From Lingula anatina (Eukaryota; Animalia; Brachiopoda), in contig CM120640.1 in the NCBI GenBank assembly GCA_051362555.1, positions 19,716,001-19,780,000 of the forward strand: a DNA stretch of 64,000 nt, read 5' to 3'. Under the pieces are notes generated by a model. That model did not search any database. It saw nothing but the letters and a program-made list of their open reading frames with translations, and was not told the origin of the DNA. This document shows, piece by piece, positions 1 to 12,118 of this stretch (positions within the stretch are counted from its first letter, which is position 1; the number at the start of each line of letters is the position of its first letter). The position numbers were made by a program, and so were the translations under genes.

Positions 1-63
1 TTCTCAATTTTTTGTATATACCATTGACAAATCATAACTAAGCTTGAAAATACTGAAACTCAC

Positions 64-991
64 CTGATATAAATTTGCTTCAGTGCTTGAGACGCATTGC
101 TGCAAGACTTGGGAATGTGGAACAGTTCTTGAATCTCCTCCCAGCGAAATTCATCATTCACCTATTCATAAAATGTATAATTTCGACATAATCCAAATCC
201 AAAAAATATTTCACATCTTAACACTTTTACTTTAATCAATTGTAATAAGTGCCCTTGTTAAATGAGCAGCCAGATGTGTGAACTGATGAAGAAAATAACG
301 AAATAAACATATGACTTTGCACTGGCAATATGGGACTTTTTATTAGGGACACCCCTTCATTTCATGTCCACTTGAACAGTTGCAATACAGATACCCATCA
401 ATGTGGGATGAGTAACACTTCGCCTAAACATAAACAAACACTGCACAGCTGCTTTTATTGGTGATACCTTTGTCCAATGTAGTACACACTGTATTCCAAC
501 ATCACTATCTAACCCAAACTGCTACCCCATCTTTCACAGTAATTGAAAACTCAAACACTACACTACAGAATGCAAATTGAAAGTGACCCCTTTTTACAAT
601 GTTACACTGGTTACACCACTACTATCAAATATATCTCACCGATTAGGTAAACTGATATTAATAAGCGTAAATTTGGAGGTAAATTCAAAAGACAGTCCAT
701 GCGTACCTTATTCCAGCCTCCCATGGCAGTGACTTTGCTGTATAAAAGATAAAGGTCCACTGCCTTTCCTCCAATATACGGCATTTTTGAAAACGGCGAC
801 CTGTGTCATAAAGAAAGCAATTCAATTAAGCTGAACAATAAAGTGATTCCCAAATCGGCAAACTTACGATAAAAATAGAAATAGAATCGTTGAGCTTACC
901 CGCGGTTGACGTGAAACTCCTGCAACTCCTTGATAAAACAGGAATACTCCCTCCGGTAAGTCTCTGGGTCTTTGTCTAAAATCTTCGCCAT
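64..991 (-). CDS. ARID2: AT-rich interactive domain protein 2 (ARID2/BAF200), 5' part; gene continues past the left edge
   Basis: Exons 991-900, 800-707, 161-64 with GT-AG introns splice in frame to MAKILDKDPETYRREYSCFIKELQEFHVNRGSPFSKMPYIGGKAVDLYLLYSKVTAMGGWNKVNDEFRWEEIQELFHIPKSCSNASQALKQIYIR. This matches the ARID2 N-terminal ARID domain; exon sizes 92/94/98 nt agree with my recollection of vertebrate ARID2. Confidence 0.93.
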
Positions 992-1416
992 TGTAACGAA
1001 TTCTTTGCACTAAGACTGGTATAGTTATCCCGATCTTTACATGTGTTCACTTAAAGTTTATAAACTCGCTTTCACAACACCACCCGTGCTCTAAAATCGG
1101 GTTGAAATAATGGGAAAATCCTCGGGTCTGAGGGGGAATCCTCTCAGGGACACCCTTCTTTTCCAGCTAGATTTAATCCCTTTCTCCTAATTTTCAAATA
1201 AATAAAGCTGATCCAAGTTGAGGATCACTCTTTCAAAATCCATACTGCGTCGACCGTTCCTTCATACAGCCTCAGATAGGCTGATTAAGCCCCATCGTAT
1301 TAACCATATGAGAATCGCAGTCACAGAATCGTAACAAAAAACATAATGAACATGCCGAAAAGCAATTGTGCGGTAGAGGGGGTGCCTTTCTAATGAGAAA
1401 TCGTCAGGAAGACTGA

Positions 1417-1428
1417 CAAAATGGCGGC
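1417..1428 (+). promoter_or_regulatory. YY1-type motif between the divergent ARID2 and lipase 1 genes
   Basis: CAAAATGGCGGC matches the YY1 consensus and lies in the relatively CpG-rich region between the two start codons. Confidence 0.45.
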
Positions 1429-1753
1429 GCCCTTGAAATGATAGAGTGAAACAAAAGAAGCAAATCGCTCCCTTCCATATTGCCTTGAGGTGTTACATTT
1501 TATCCTTTGCCTTTTTTATTGGATCAAAAATATGGTTTCTATCAAAATAAATACGAGGAATGTCTAGGGGCTTTAATATGAGAATTGGGAGCAAAGGTCT
1601 TTGTTTCGCGCGTGATAATGCCACACCTAAACTTTCATTTTTCCTCAAGGACATCAATCCCTATATTCTAAGTTGAGAAACATGCTTAACTAAGGCAGGG
1701 TTGTTATTCTCCTCTGTTTATTTCTTTGTAGATTTAAAATATTTCAACACGAA

Positions 1754-1790
1754 ATAAGTAGGTCAATAGGTCAGCTGATAGTCATGTGAC
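1754..1790 (+). promoter_or_regulatory. RORE/DR2 nuclear-receptor element plus CLEAR/M-box-like E-box upstream of lipase 1
   Basis: ATAAGT-AGGTCA-AT-AGGTCA (1754-1773), overlapping CAGCTG, then GTCATGTGAC (1781-1790), ending 37 bp before the ATG. Confidence 0.55.
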
Positions 1791-1827
1791 ATAATCAAAC
1801 TTGCTCCACACTGCCAGAAGTGTCGTG

Positions 1828-4800
1828 ATGTTGAAACCGTCGACATCTATTTTTCTGGTGATACTGTTAAGTTGGTCAAATAAACCAGCTGCAGGACTTG
1901 GTTTGAAAAGTGGCAATGGGATTTCTAAACAAATAAATATACGCAGGTGGAGGCACTTGGATCCAGAAATCGATATGAATGCGGTAAGTTTTTGGATGTT
2001 GGATTGGAGTCCAGTTAAACGGGTACAGTGTACCGGTAGTTAGTCACAATCCGGAGCTTTATACTCATGGCTCAGTCTCTTTGAGTAAATGTTTTAGTTA
2101 CCTAGTGCAATTAGAATCAGTTATATATAATAATCAAATTAGTATCAGTACTTGGTAAAATTCAACAAGTGAAAGGTCGTCAGGGTGAGACAGCCCATGT
2201 AAGTTCCAGAATTTGATTAATGTATGTTCCCGAGTCTTTGGATAATAACTTATCAAACATACATTTTGCATTTTATTGAATATTAGATAATGCCATGGTT
2301 AAATGTGGACATGCTGTTTTCATGTGAAAATTTTATAACTTTCAATATGGTTAAATTTTTATTTTCAGTCAGAACTTATTACATCCAAGGGATATCCCTG
2401 TGAAGAATACACTGTGAAAACAGGAGATGGCTATCTGTTAGGAATACAGCGCATTCCATTTGGGTCGAAAAATTCCTCTACCCCACGTCCTGTTGCATTC
2501 CTACAGCACGGTTTATTATGCACATCCACCAACTGGTTGACTAACTTGGCCAATGAAAGCCTAGGTACGACAGAAAGATAGTAATCAAGAAAATAAATAA
2601 ATGATCAATTTGTTATTGACAAATGTCATCATCCTCCATTATACTGATTTTAATTTGAATTTGAATATGCCTCCTGAATCAGTATTTTTTTTTTCAAAAT
2701 TGCAACTATAATTTAAAGATGCATACAAAGTCAATTTTTTGTCACAAAAACCAACCAAATGCCAGCATATAGTCTCTAGTAGTATAACTAAGAGAATTAC
2801 CAAAAGGCATTGTTTAATTTTACCCGAATATGATGTTTGAACAGATTTTTCTGCTGGCATTCTAAGCTGTATGTCAATGGGGCAGGAAAGTAGGTCACGG
2901 AAGTAGGTTAAATTTACAACCATAAATTTGAAGAAAGGAGCAGTCTAAAGGTCTTTTATGGCTGATCGAGTGATCTATTCAGTTTTTCCCTTGGCATGTC
3001 GAATTTATTTGAGACATATGAGAATCTAGTAGAAGTGGTTTACATGTGTTACTGGGAATCCACACTCCACCGATGCTCGGTTCGTATGTACCTTTAAAGT
3101 TAATAAAAGCATGCTGTTTTTCTCACAAGTTGTTTTGATAAGACATTGCACTAGAGAATTGAGAAAACCGGTACTGTCACTCAGTGATTTTAATATTTAT
3201 GTATAATGCAGCATATTGTATAACATATTGCATTTCTTTCAGCCTTTATTTTAGCAGATGCAGGATATGATGTATGGTTAGGTAATGTAAGAGGTAACAC
3301 ATATTCAAGGAGACATGTTAACTACAGCGTTAATTCAGAGGAGTTTTGGGCTTTTAGGTAAGTGAAAGCTGCAGTAGGGTAATATCCATAAGTAGCCTGG
3401 ATTTATAATTGTATTTTTCCTCGAGTAATTACTTTTTAGTTGTAAATATAATGTTCTATACCATTGTGTGACACAACTAAGGAAGTATATTAACCAAAGT
3501 CTACTTTAAAATTGATTTTGGATACTAAATATTACAAATTTTACAAATATATTTTAGGGTCCCCATCAGTTTTGCAGTGTGTGCTGGTTTCATTTTTTGG
3601 TGTTTTTAATTTGAAATTTACCTAATTACCCAATTCATTGTTGAAAATAACTAAAGTAAATGATCACTTAATATTGTTGAAAATAACTAAAATAAATGAG
3701 CACTTAATTTACAAATGCAATTTTAAATCAGTATGAAGTAATTCTATTATTAGAGCAGTCTCTTGGCATCAGTATGGGATATTTTATAAATGATATCAGA
3801 AAAAAGTAGGGCAGTAAAAATGTCACCCATACCACATTAAAAGCAATTTTCTTTGATTTGATAAAGTGCTGTTGGAAACATTTCAGAATCATTTGTGACA
3901 ACTTTATTTGACTATGCATTATCTCAGCAAGCCTCGCGATAATGACATCCAGCCATTAACCCACAGCTGTTGTGTATTGATGATTTCAACCAAATATGTT
4001 ATCAGTGTAGCAATACAATACACATATGCAGCAGTGACGTTGGTGGTTTTTACGATAAAAGTGGTAACCTGCAGGGTTAGATAACCATATACTTTAGATA
4101 GTGGAAGTGATTGGGTGAACTTTTTTATATTAATGTGTTTTCTTTCATTGTTTACAAGATAACTATACATATAAATATACATCCTCAATTTCTGACTTTC
4201 TTTTTATTTTTGCCAACAGATGGGGTGTGAACATCAGATTGGGGTCCCTTGGTTATAAATTTACATCACATAGTCTGCAGAGATAAAACCATCATTATAT
4301 GATTGGAAATGAACTCCAAGATAATAGAAAAAAAAACAATGAGTGCATATGTAAGCCATAATGAATAGAAATATCACTAGAATATTAATATAAATTATCA
4401 AAATATTTAATTGTTCTTAATTCTACTGTTGGCCTCTTTGTTTTGGAAATTTGTTATTATGTTTAAATATTTGATAAAGTATTCCATATAAATCTACTAC
4501 CTTGAACTTTGAATACTGGTGTGTCTGAACTTCCACTTTTCTATTTCAGCTGGGATCACCATGCTAGTTCAGACCTCCCAGCTATGGTAAACTTTGTCCT
4601 GAACAAAACTGGCCAGAGTCAGCTGCACTACATTGGTCACTCACAGGGAACGTTGATGGCTTTTGCCCACATGTCCACTAACCCAGAGTTTGCCAAAAAG
4701 GTCAGCTGCCGCAGATTGTTTGAGTCTTGAATTGACAACAGTGATTTGTAATTCCGTTTCAATTTGAATTTATAATTCTTGTTACACATGAAGTCAGTTA

Positions 4801-6882
4801 TACTCATTTTTATTACATAATTGATGCTTTTTTTTTAAAGATGTGGACCACCAGAAAATGTTGCTGACATTTGTATGATTTTTACTAAAGACAAATAAAA
4901 GGTGATTTACTTCATTGATCATTAGTTTTGGAAATTTCTTATTTTATTCAGATACAATTTCATTGTGTTAAATAGTAATGCATATTCTATGTGCCACTTG
5001 TTTACCTTAATGTTTTTCCTTAATCCTTAGTTGAAAGGATTCTATGCACTTGGTCCAGTGGCTACTGTTGGCCATATGAAAAGTATACCTCTCAAGATCT
5101 TATCAGATATACCAACAGCAGTAAGTTAAAGTAATAACATTAATGGGGCTTGGAGCCACTTATTTAACATAAAATATAGCTATATAAAACTTGCTATTTA
5201 AATGTGTTTCCTTTTGCTAATTGTGAAGTTGGTGATTAGATCACAAGACTGAAATTGCTATATAATGCTCATATTTCATAATGTCAGACAAATTGTTTTA
5301 TGCTGCAAATCTTTATTTAAGTCCATCAGTCATTAAAGAAAAGAAAGAAATCTACCAAATCAATATTAAAGATTCAAAATAATACTAACAGTTTTCTTTT
5401 TAGATTCTCTATGATATGTTTGGAAAAAAGGACTTTTTGCCAAATAATGAGTTGATAGATTTCTTGGCAAAGACTGTGTGTGATGAGGCAACTAGGTTTA
5501 TCTGCAGTGACATCATCTTTGTGATAGCCGGCTATGACAAAGCACAGTTAAATATGGCAAGTTGTGCAATTTTTGTGTCAACCAGTATGTTGCATCCTGT
5601 TCACAATCCGTTTGCTCTAATTAAAATTAGTGCATGATGATATTTAATATTTATCTCTTTTGGTGCTAGTATATTTTGAATTTACAGATAAAATCTTTGT
5701 AAATTTAAGACTTATCCATCAGTTTTCCTGATTGTAGTGTTATTTTGCTTTATATTTAGACTCGTCTTCCAGTGTATATAGCACATACTCCAGCAGGGAC
5801 CTCTGCACAAAACATGATTCATTTTCAGCAGGTTTGTATCGGATTATGAATAATGTCTACAGTTACACTTGCACATATAATGAGAAAACGTTTTTATGGT
5901 GGGGTTTAATAGTTGCTCTACTTGTGTTTCATAACTTCAATATTACCATACCAGTACCTTTGGTTTTTGTGTAAGTAACATTTTATAGGTAATTATTAAA
6001 TTTATTGCAACTGGGGTTGACCTCATATTGATAAATGATTACTAGTTTTGCAAGAGGCATAATACCAGATGACATTTAAAACATAGCTTTTCATATAATG
6101 ACTTGTAAAGTATTGCACTTCTAATGAAACTTATTAATTTTGAACAGATGGTAATACACGGTGAATTTCGGATGTTTGACTATGGATCACCAAAAGCAAA
6201 TAGGGAGCATTATAATGGACAGGTATATTTAAAAACGTTATTAAAAAGGCTGTTTTTCTTTGAAATTTATTTATTCTCCCTGGGATTGTCATCATGTTTG
6301 TTTTTTAAGTCAGTAATTACATGCAAACATGATATAATATTTTGCATCTTGACAAAAACTTGAGAAAAATAATGACTCACATTTTGATTTGCAAAGGATT
6401 AAGAAAATAGGAGTTCATTGATGAAAATGTCAGAAAACTAATACTGCTTTTTCCACAGTCCACTCCTCCATATTATGATGCAAGGAAAGTTCAAGCTCCC
6501 ACATACTTGTATTATGGAGGAAAGGATCTGCTGGCAGATCCGCAGGTCAGTTAAGCTTTGGTCTGATGCAACATGTTAATGAATGACAAGTTTTAAATCG
6601 TTTTTATAACTGTTCCTTTTCTCCTGTTTGTGTGTCAAGAAAGAAGAGAGAAATTTAAAAAGAATAGTTTTTATCAAAACATTTTGTGTTGTCTCAGCAA
6701 AAGTGATTTTTAAAATGGGATGTTTTTGTTTTTAGGATGTCAAATCATTGATGGCACTCCTACCTAATCTCAAAGGCAGTCAGCTTATCCCTTCATTTGA
6801 CCATTTGGATTTCATTTGGGGAATGGATGCTTATGACTTTGTCTACAAAAATGTGATTGAAGCTATGAAATCTTTAGATTGA
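1828..6882 (+). CDS. LIPA: Lysosomal acid lipase / gastric lipase family protein, copy 1 (413 aa, signal peptide)
   Basis: Exons 1828-1983, 2369-2564, 3243-3357, 4550-4700, 5031-5120, 5404-5556, 5760-5831, 6148-6222, 6459-6545, 6736-6882 (1242 nt, in frame). Motifs [49 protein letters not shown]. Intron 6 needs a GC donor. Symbol is family-level. Confidence 0.93.
3637..3708. repeat. 36-bp tandem duplication in lipase 1 intron 3
   Basis: attgttgaaaataactaaa(g/a)taaatga(t/g)cacttaat x2. Confidence 0.8.
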
Positions 6883-8301
6883 TTATTAATAATTGATTTA
6901 AAGTAAATGCTCAAAGCCTAAAATATGTAATGAGATTAAAAACTACTGGTATATTTCTATGCAAATTGTAATAATTAACATAATAATATAATTATTAACA
7001 ATTTAATAAGAACTCTAGTCATATTTTGTCAAATTTTGAACCAGATTATGTCTTCCAGAACTGGAGATTAAATATTCTTTGTTTAAGTTTAGTACATCAA
7101 CCATAAAGATTTGATAATTATGATCATACTGCATTTAAGCACTGTTTTTTATTAATCAGAAAATTTATCTGAAAAAATTTTATCTAAGTTTGATATTCTT
7201 GCAGCATTAATTTTTGACAATTTTGCACAATTTAGACTGTGCTTTGTGGATATTGCTAGTAGTACTTCTTCATTTTAAACAGCCAATGTAAAAATAAGTG
7301 GGTCGCCCTGGAGGCCATCATTCTTTTTAACATTACTTGGAAATGCTCATACACATAAGTCATTTAGGTTGCAGCTGAGAGTACTGATACTAGTAGGCAT
7401 CCATGTGTGAGTTTTTGTTTGTTTTCCTTGTATTCTTTTGAGTTTTTTCTTAATCAGGGATAATATTGCAATATTGAATTGGCTTTATGTAAAAGTAGGA
7501 GTAAAGCCCATTCCAGGAAAATAGATTACTCATACATAATTGTCTGTATTGTGTAGTTATCCTGGAAGGAAATCAGAAATTTGATAAACATTGAGATTTA
7601 TATGATGAATTTAATAATTGTTTTGTTGTGAGAAAAATTTTTAAGTATTTTATTTCATTAAATTCTAAGTTGGACAAACAGGTGATTGCTTGTTTTTGAT
7701 ATATTTTTATGCCACTATTATAGGTTGTTAAATGCCATTATAGTCAAGGCACTTAATTTGCAGCAGGTTTTGTTGCTGCAAGCGCATATTCTTCTGTAGT
7801 AGAATTGTAAGGAATTGGCATACTTCTAGAGCCAAGTAAGTACCGATGAAATCGATGCTGAGTGATTGGCTTAGAATGAAATTTTAGAAAACTATGCAAA
7901 ATGAACAAGAGATTATTACATAGGTATCAGTATAACATACCTGTGTTAATGAAAAAAAGGTTTTATGAAATATGAAAGCCACTTTTGGTCTGTCTTTTGT
8001 TTTGGATAATGGTCATTTGAAAGACTTTTTTTTTTGCTATTGTTGCGTTGTGAATTAATATTTCTTTGGTAATTATTTCAAAATAATAATTAACTTTAAC
8101 GTAATGAAATGATAGTAAAAACACCAATATTTTTCACCTTGCAAAGTTTCCCATCATGGAACTCGTCTTCTAAAAGGGAAAGAGTCTTAACTACGACCCC
8201 CCCCCCAAAAAAAAAAAAATATATATATATATATATAATAAATAAAATGAAATAAATTATTTAAAAGAAAAAAGTGTATCTTAAGATGAAAATGAACACT
8301 T

Positions 8302-8461
8302 CAGGCCCGTAGCCAGGGGGGGTTCGAACGAACCGCCCCTTTTGCTGGGAAAAGGTCCACTCTTGGTAAAATTTGATCTAGGTACATGAAGTTTTTATGA
8401 GAAAAGGTCCACTTTTTTTTCAGAAAAAAAAACCCTTTTGAAATTGCTGGCTACGGGCCTG
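8302..8461. mobile_element. 160-bp MITE, hAT-like termini
   Basis: Perfect 15-bp TIRs CAGGCCCGTAGCCAG / CTGGCTACGGGCCTG, flanked by 5-bp direct repeat CACTT (8297-8301, 8462-8466). Confidence 0.8.
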
Positions 8462-8599
8462 CACTTTAATATCCATAGAAGTGTAAACCTAGATTTCTGT
8501 CAATTTGAATTTCAGTTACATCGTTATTATGATGATATGACTCCAGGGTTCGTTTTCACTTTCATCTTACCTCAAGTAGTCAGCGTCTGATTTCTCAGA

Positions 8600-9471
8600 G
8601 GAATACGAGGTTTTTTTTACGTCGTGAATAGAAGTTCGACTAAACGACGATCTTCTTCGTCGCAGCCTTTTTAATGACTTTACCTATTTTAATCACAGTG
8701 TGGTTTTAATATTGTTCATTTTCAGTATATCAGAAAATGATTGTTATCAAATTTTCCATTTGTAAAAAATAATAGCAAACACAGTTTATCGCGCTTGTTC
8801 GGCAGTAAAGATTAGATTACGTTTGCCCTGTGTATCAGTACACAGTGCTCGTGTACTGTCCGTAAATCTTTAGGCTTCGTTTGGATTCACGTCCTCCGTA
8901 GCCTCTACGATTTAACGAAACTTTTGACAAATTAAACTTTTGACAAATTAGCAGTTAGCCCGTAGGCCGTACCGTCATTATCGTAGATGAACTCGCGCAG
9001 TATGGGTGAACTTGCGGTAATCGTGACAACGATTGGACAGGTGTTGTTGGTCTTTTTCTCTTCCACCTTTGGTCGTTTTAGGAGGCATAACAATGGCTGT
9101 GATGTTTAAGACTTGGAGTAATTAGCTTGCATGATTTAGAATTGTCCGTTTGGGGGGGGGGGGGGGGGGGGGGGGGCTGCACCGATAGCGTCTCAATCTT
9201 CTACCTTTGGGAAGCCGCACGGAAGGCGTACGCCAACTGCACTTATACTAAAAGGGCTCTATTCGATCACTTTTTAACAGGCAACCGATCTTTTCCTACG
9301 TGGTCTCAAGGTCATTTTGGAGAAATGTCACGGCACCCTCACGTAATGTAAACGTACTCGCCGTAGCCCGTAGCTACTTACGTCGTCAAAAAAAAAAAAA
9401 AAAAAAAAAACGTACAATTAATCGTATACGATTTCATCGTAGGGCGCCAGTTGCAAATGTAATCTAGGCTT
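8600..9471. mobile_element. Probable degraded DNA-transposon remnant (CpG-rich, repeated CGTAG/TACGA motifs)
   Basis: Local CpG excess, recurrent tcgtag/ctacga words, internal G25 and long A tracts, and a terminus-like right end (...aatgtaatctaggctt). No matching left terminus or TSD found; boundaries approximate. Confidence 0.3.
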
Positions 9472-11082
9472 CAAAGCGCCCAATGACAACAATTCAAGGA
9501 ATATGTATCTTCTAAGACGGCATCATATTCATATCATTCTATTTTTAATTTAATTTGAAGAGAGAATCGTGAAATACCACATTTGATACCCAAATCTATT
9601 CACTTTTTCTGTGCATTTGAAACACTGAAGTAACCAGTGCGTGTTCTATTGTGACCATTTCTAGATGTCATAGTCCCAGCTCTTTTTCAACCGTTCGTGC
9701 ATATAATATTATTTTTGCACTTGATCTCATGAAGGACAATATTTTGCATTACTGTCACTGTAAAGACAAATTGGTTCTAATGACACCTTTCATCTAACCG
9801 CAGCAGTTACGACATGTCAATTTGTCATCGTGTGTTGTGCTCTCATAGCACAATACAATCCTTTTCACTGCGAAGGGCCACAATGAATTTTTACTTTATC
9901 GTTAGTGTAGTGCGCTGTAAATGGTATCGAACACGTCTGATCTCTTGGGTCATTTTAAGGGAGCTCGATATGTGATAAAGGCCTACATCTGGTAATTTTT
10001 TTCTTTTCTGTAAAATGCTTTATGTTAGTGCAAAGAAAATAAAAACTATTGGAGCAAAAATTCACCGTTGCACGCGCTTCTAAACACAGGGTGGTCTAGC
10101 GTTAATCGTTAATTTTGCCACAAAGTATATTGGTATATTATAGTGATCGGGTTCCGGTAACTCTGTAATTCGCGTGTTTATAATCATAAAAATGTGTAAG
10201 GTTGACGACTGGGGTTTGAATTACAATCCTGTGCCATCATTTGACTGAACATTTTTCAATTTTATTTATTTATCTATTAATTAATTAATTTCTTTATTGT
10301 TGTTGTTTAACCCTTTAACGATGTCTCATTAAAAAGGCATTATTTACCCTCTTAACTGAATAACTAAAAAATCAGCCTTTCAAGAAAATTTCCTGGTAGC
10401 TATTCGTAGTACGTATTGTTATGATAAGTGTTGATAGCTGTTTTGGTGGAGATTTGTTTAAAATTGTTATTGCCGTTTCACCCTTAAAGCGCTACTGTTA
10501 CCCCATCAGCTTGAATTGAAAAGTTTACCATGGTGAATTTTGATGATACAGCATTACCTTTTATCATAACAATGTTTATTTACGCATTATGCAAGCTGAT
10601 GCTGAAAAAAGATTATTCATGCCTTCAGAAGTCAAAAGGGACAGTGTTCTTTCTATTTGAATAACATTTAGTACTACTTAGTCCCATCAGAACAGTAAAT
10701 AAAATTATTGATGTTCTTAAAAAGCCTTTTTAATTTTCTGTTTTTCTTTTCTGTATTGAGTAAAACCAATTTTGTTAATCAAAAATCACATCCCCGCACT
10801 GTCTGTGTTCAGTCCACGATACACCAGCGCCTCTAAATCCATTGTATATCAAGTTCTATCCATCTTACTTTTATCTGACTTCGTTTGATGGGTTTTAGCC
10901 AACAGCCATTCTTTTATCAGAGATTTCATCGCAGAGTTATCTAGACAACGTAACCCAACATATATATATATCCATCTCGTGATCTCAGTTCTGGTTCTGA
11001 GTCAAAGTGTGTTTGTCTGTATAGGGAAGGGGGGGAGTTAAAGGCACGTCCTCCAGACAGCACCTCATTGGGAAGAAAAATA

Positions 11083-12118
11083 CCATGGCCCATAGGAGCC
11101 TACGCGTGCGTCTTTTAGACGCCCCTTTACATGCGAAAACGACAAGGCCTATGCCGAGTTCGTCTTTTACTACAGAGCTTTGAGAGCCGAAAATGGCATG
11201 GCTGTGTCTCTTTCGCCACTTACTGAACTCCAGAGATGCGAGATTGACACGACCCATGTCGCGTTTGTCTCTCAAAAGACACTGTTATAAAACATGAAAT
11301 AGGCATTACTTGTGATTTTCGCAGCTGAATAAGTAGACCCTTATAAAAGAAGTTGACGTGACCTTAGGGTCATGTCGCTTTCAACTTTTACAAACCTCCA
11401 ACAAAATCTATCTCCACACAGACGCGCGCGACATGTACTATTGGACATGGGTCAGTTGAAAGCGACATTAACCTAAATGGCTCATATTACTTTCAGCCAA
11501 TTAATTTGAAACAGAAGGACCGTCTTAAAACCCTTTATATTTGAATCCTTGAAAATAAAAATATGAGGCCATATAATTATTACAAGCAATTAGCCACACC
11601 GTTATCTAGATAGCACTAAATTATGATGGGATTCAAATGAAAAAAAATGTTTTGGGACAGCACAACACTGTTTCAAATTAATTGGATTCGACATATAAGA
11701 GTTGGCTGAAAGTAACATGAGCCCTTTAGGTTAATAGGGTTTCAACTGACCCATGTCCAATAGTACATGTCGCGCGCGTCTGTGTGGAGATAGATTTTGT
11801 TGGAGGTTTGTAAGAGTTGAAAGCGACATGACTCTCAAGTTACGTCAACTTCGTTTATAAGGGTCTACTTATTCAGCTGCGAAAATCACACGTTATGCCT
11901 ATTTCATGTTTTATAACAGTGTCATTTGAGAGACAAACGCGACATGGGTCGTGTCAATCTCGCATCTGTGGAGTTCAGTAAGTGGCGAAAGAGACACAGC
12001 CATGTCATTTTCGGCTCTCAAAGCTCTGTAGTAAAAGACGAACTCGGCATAGGCCTTGTCGTTTTCGCATGTAAAGGGGCGTCTAAAAGACGCACGCGTA
12101 GGCTCCTATGGGCCATGG
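11083..12118. mobile_element. Foldback / Mutator-like non-autonomous element with ~430-bp inverted arms
   Basis: 11083-11514 is the near-identical reverse complement of 11668-12118; termini CCATGGCCCATAGG; flanks AAGAAAAATA (11073-82) and TAGAAAAATA (12119-28) form a 9/10 10-bp TSD. Explains the mirror ORFs 10985-11275(-) and 11926-12192(+). Confidence 0.85.

Noticed and set aside
1112-1142. Two kappaB-like words upstream of ARID2
   Set aside because: Both imperfect, with no supporting evidence.
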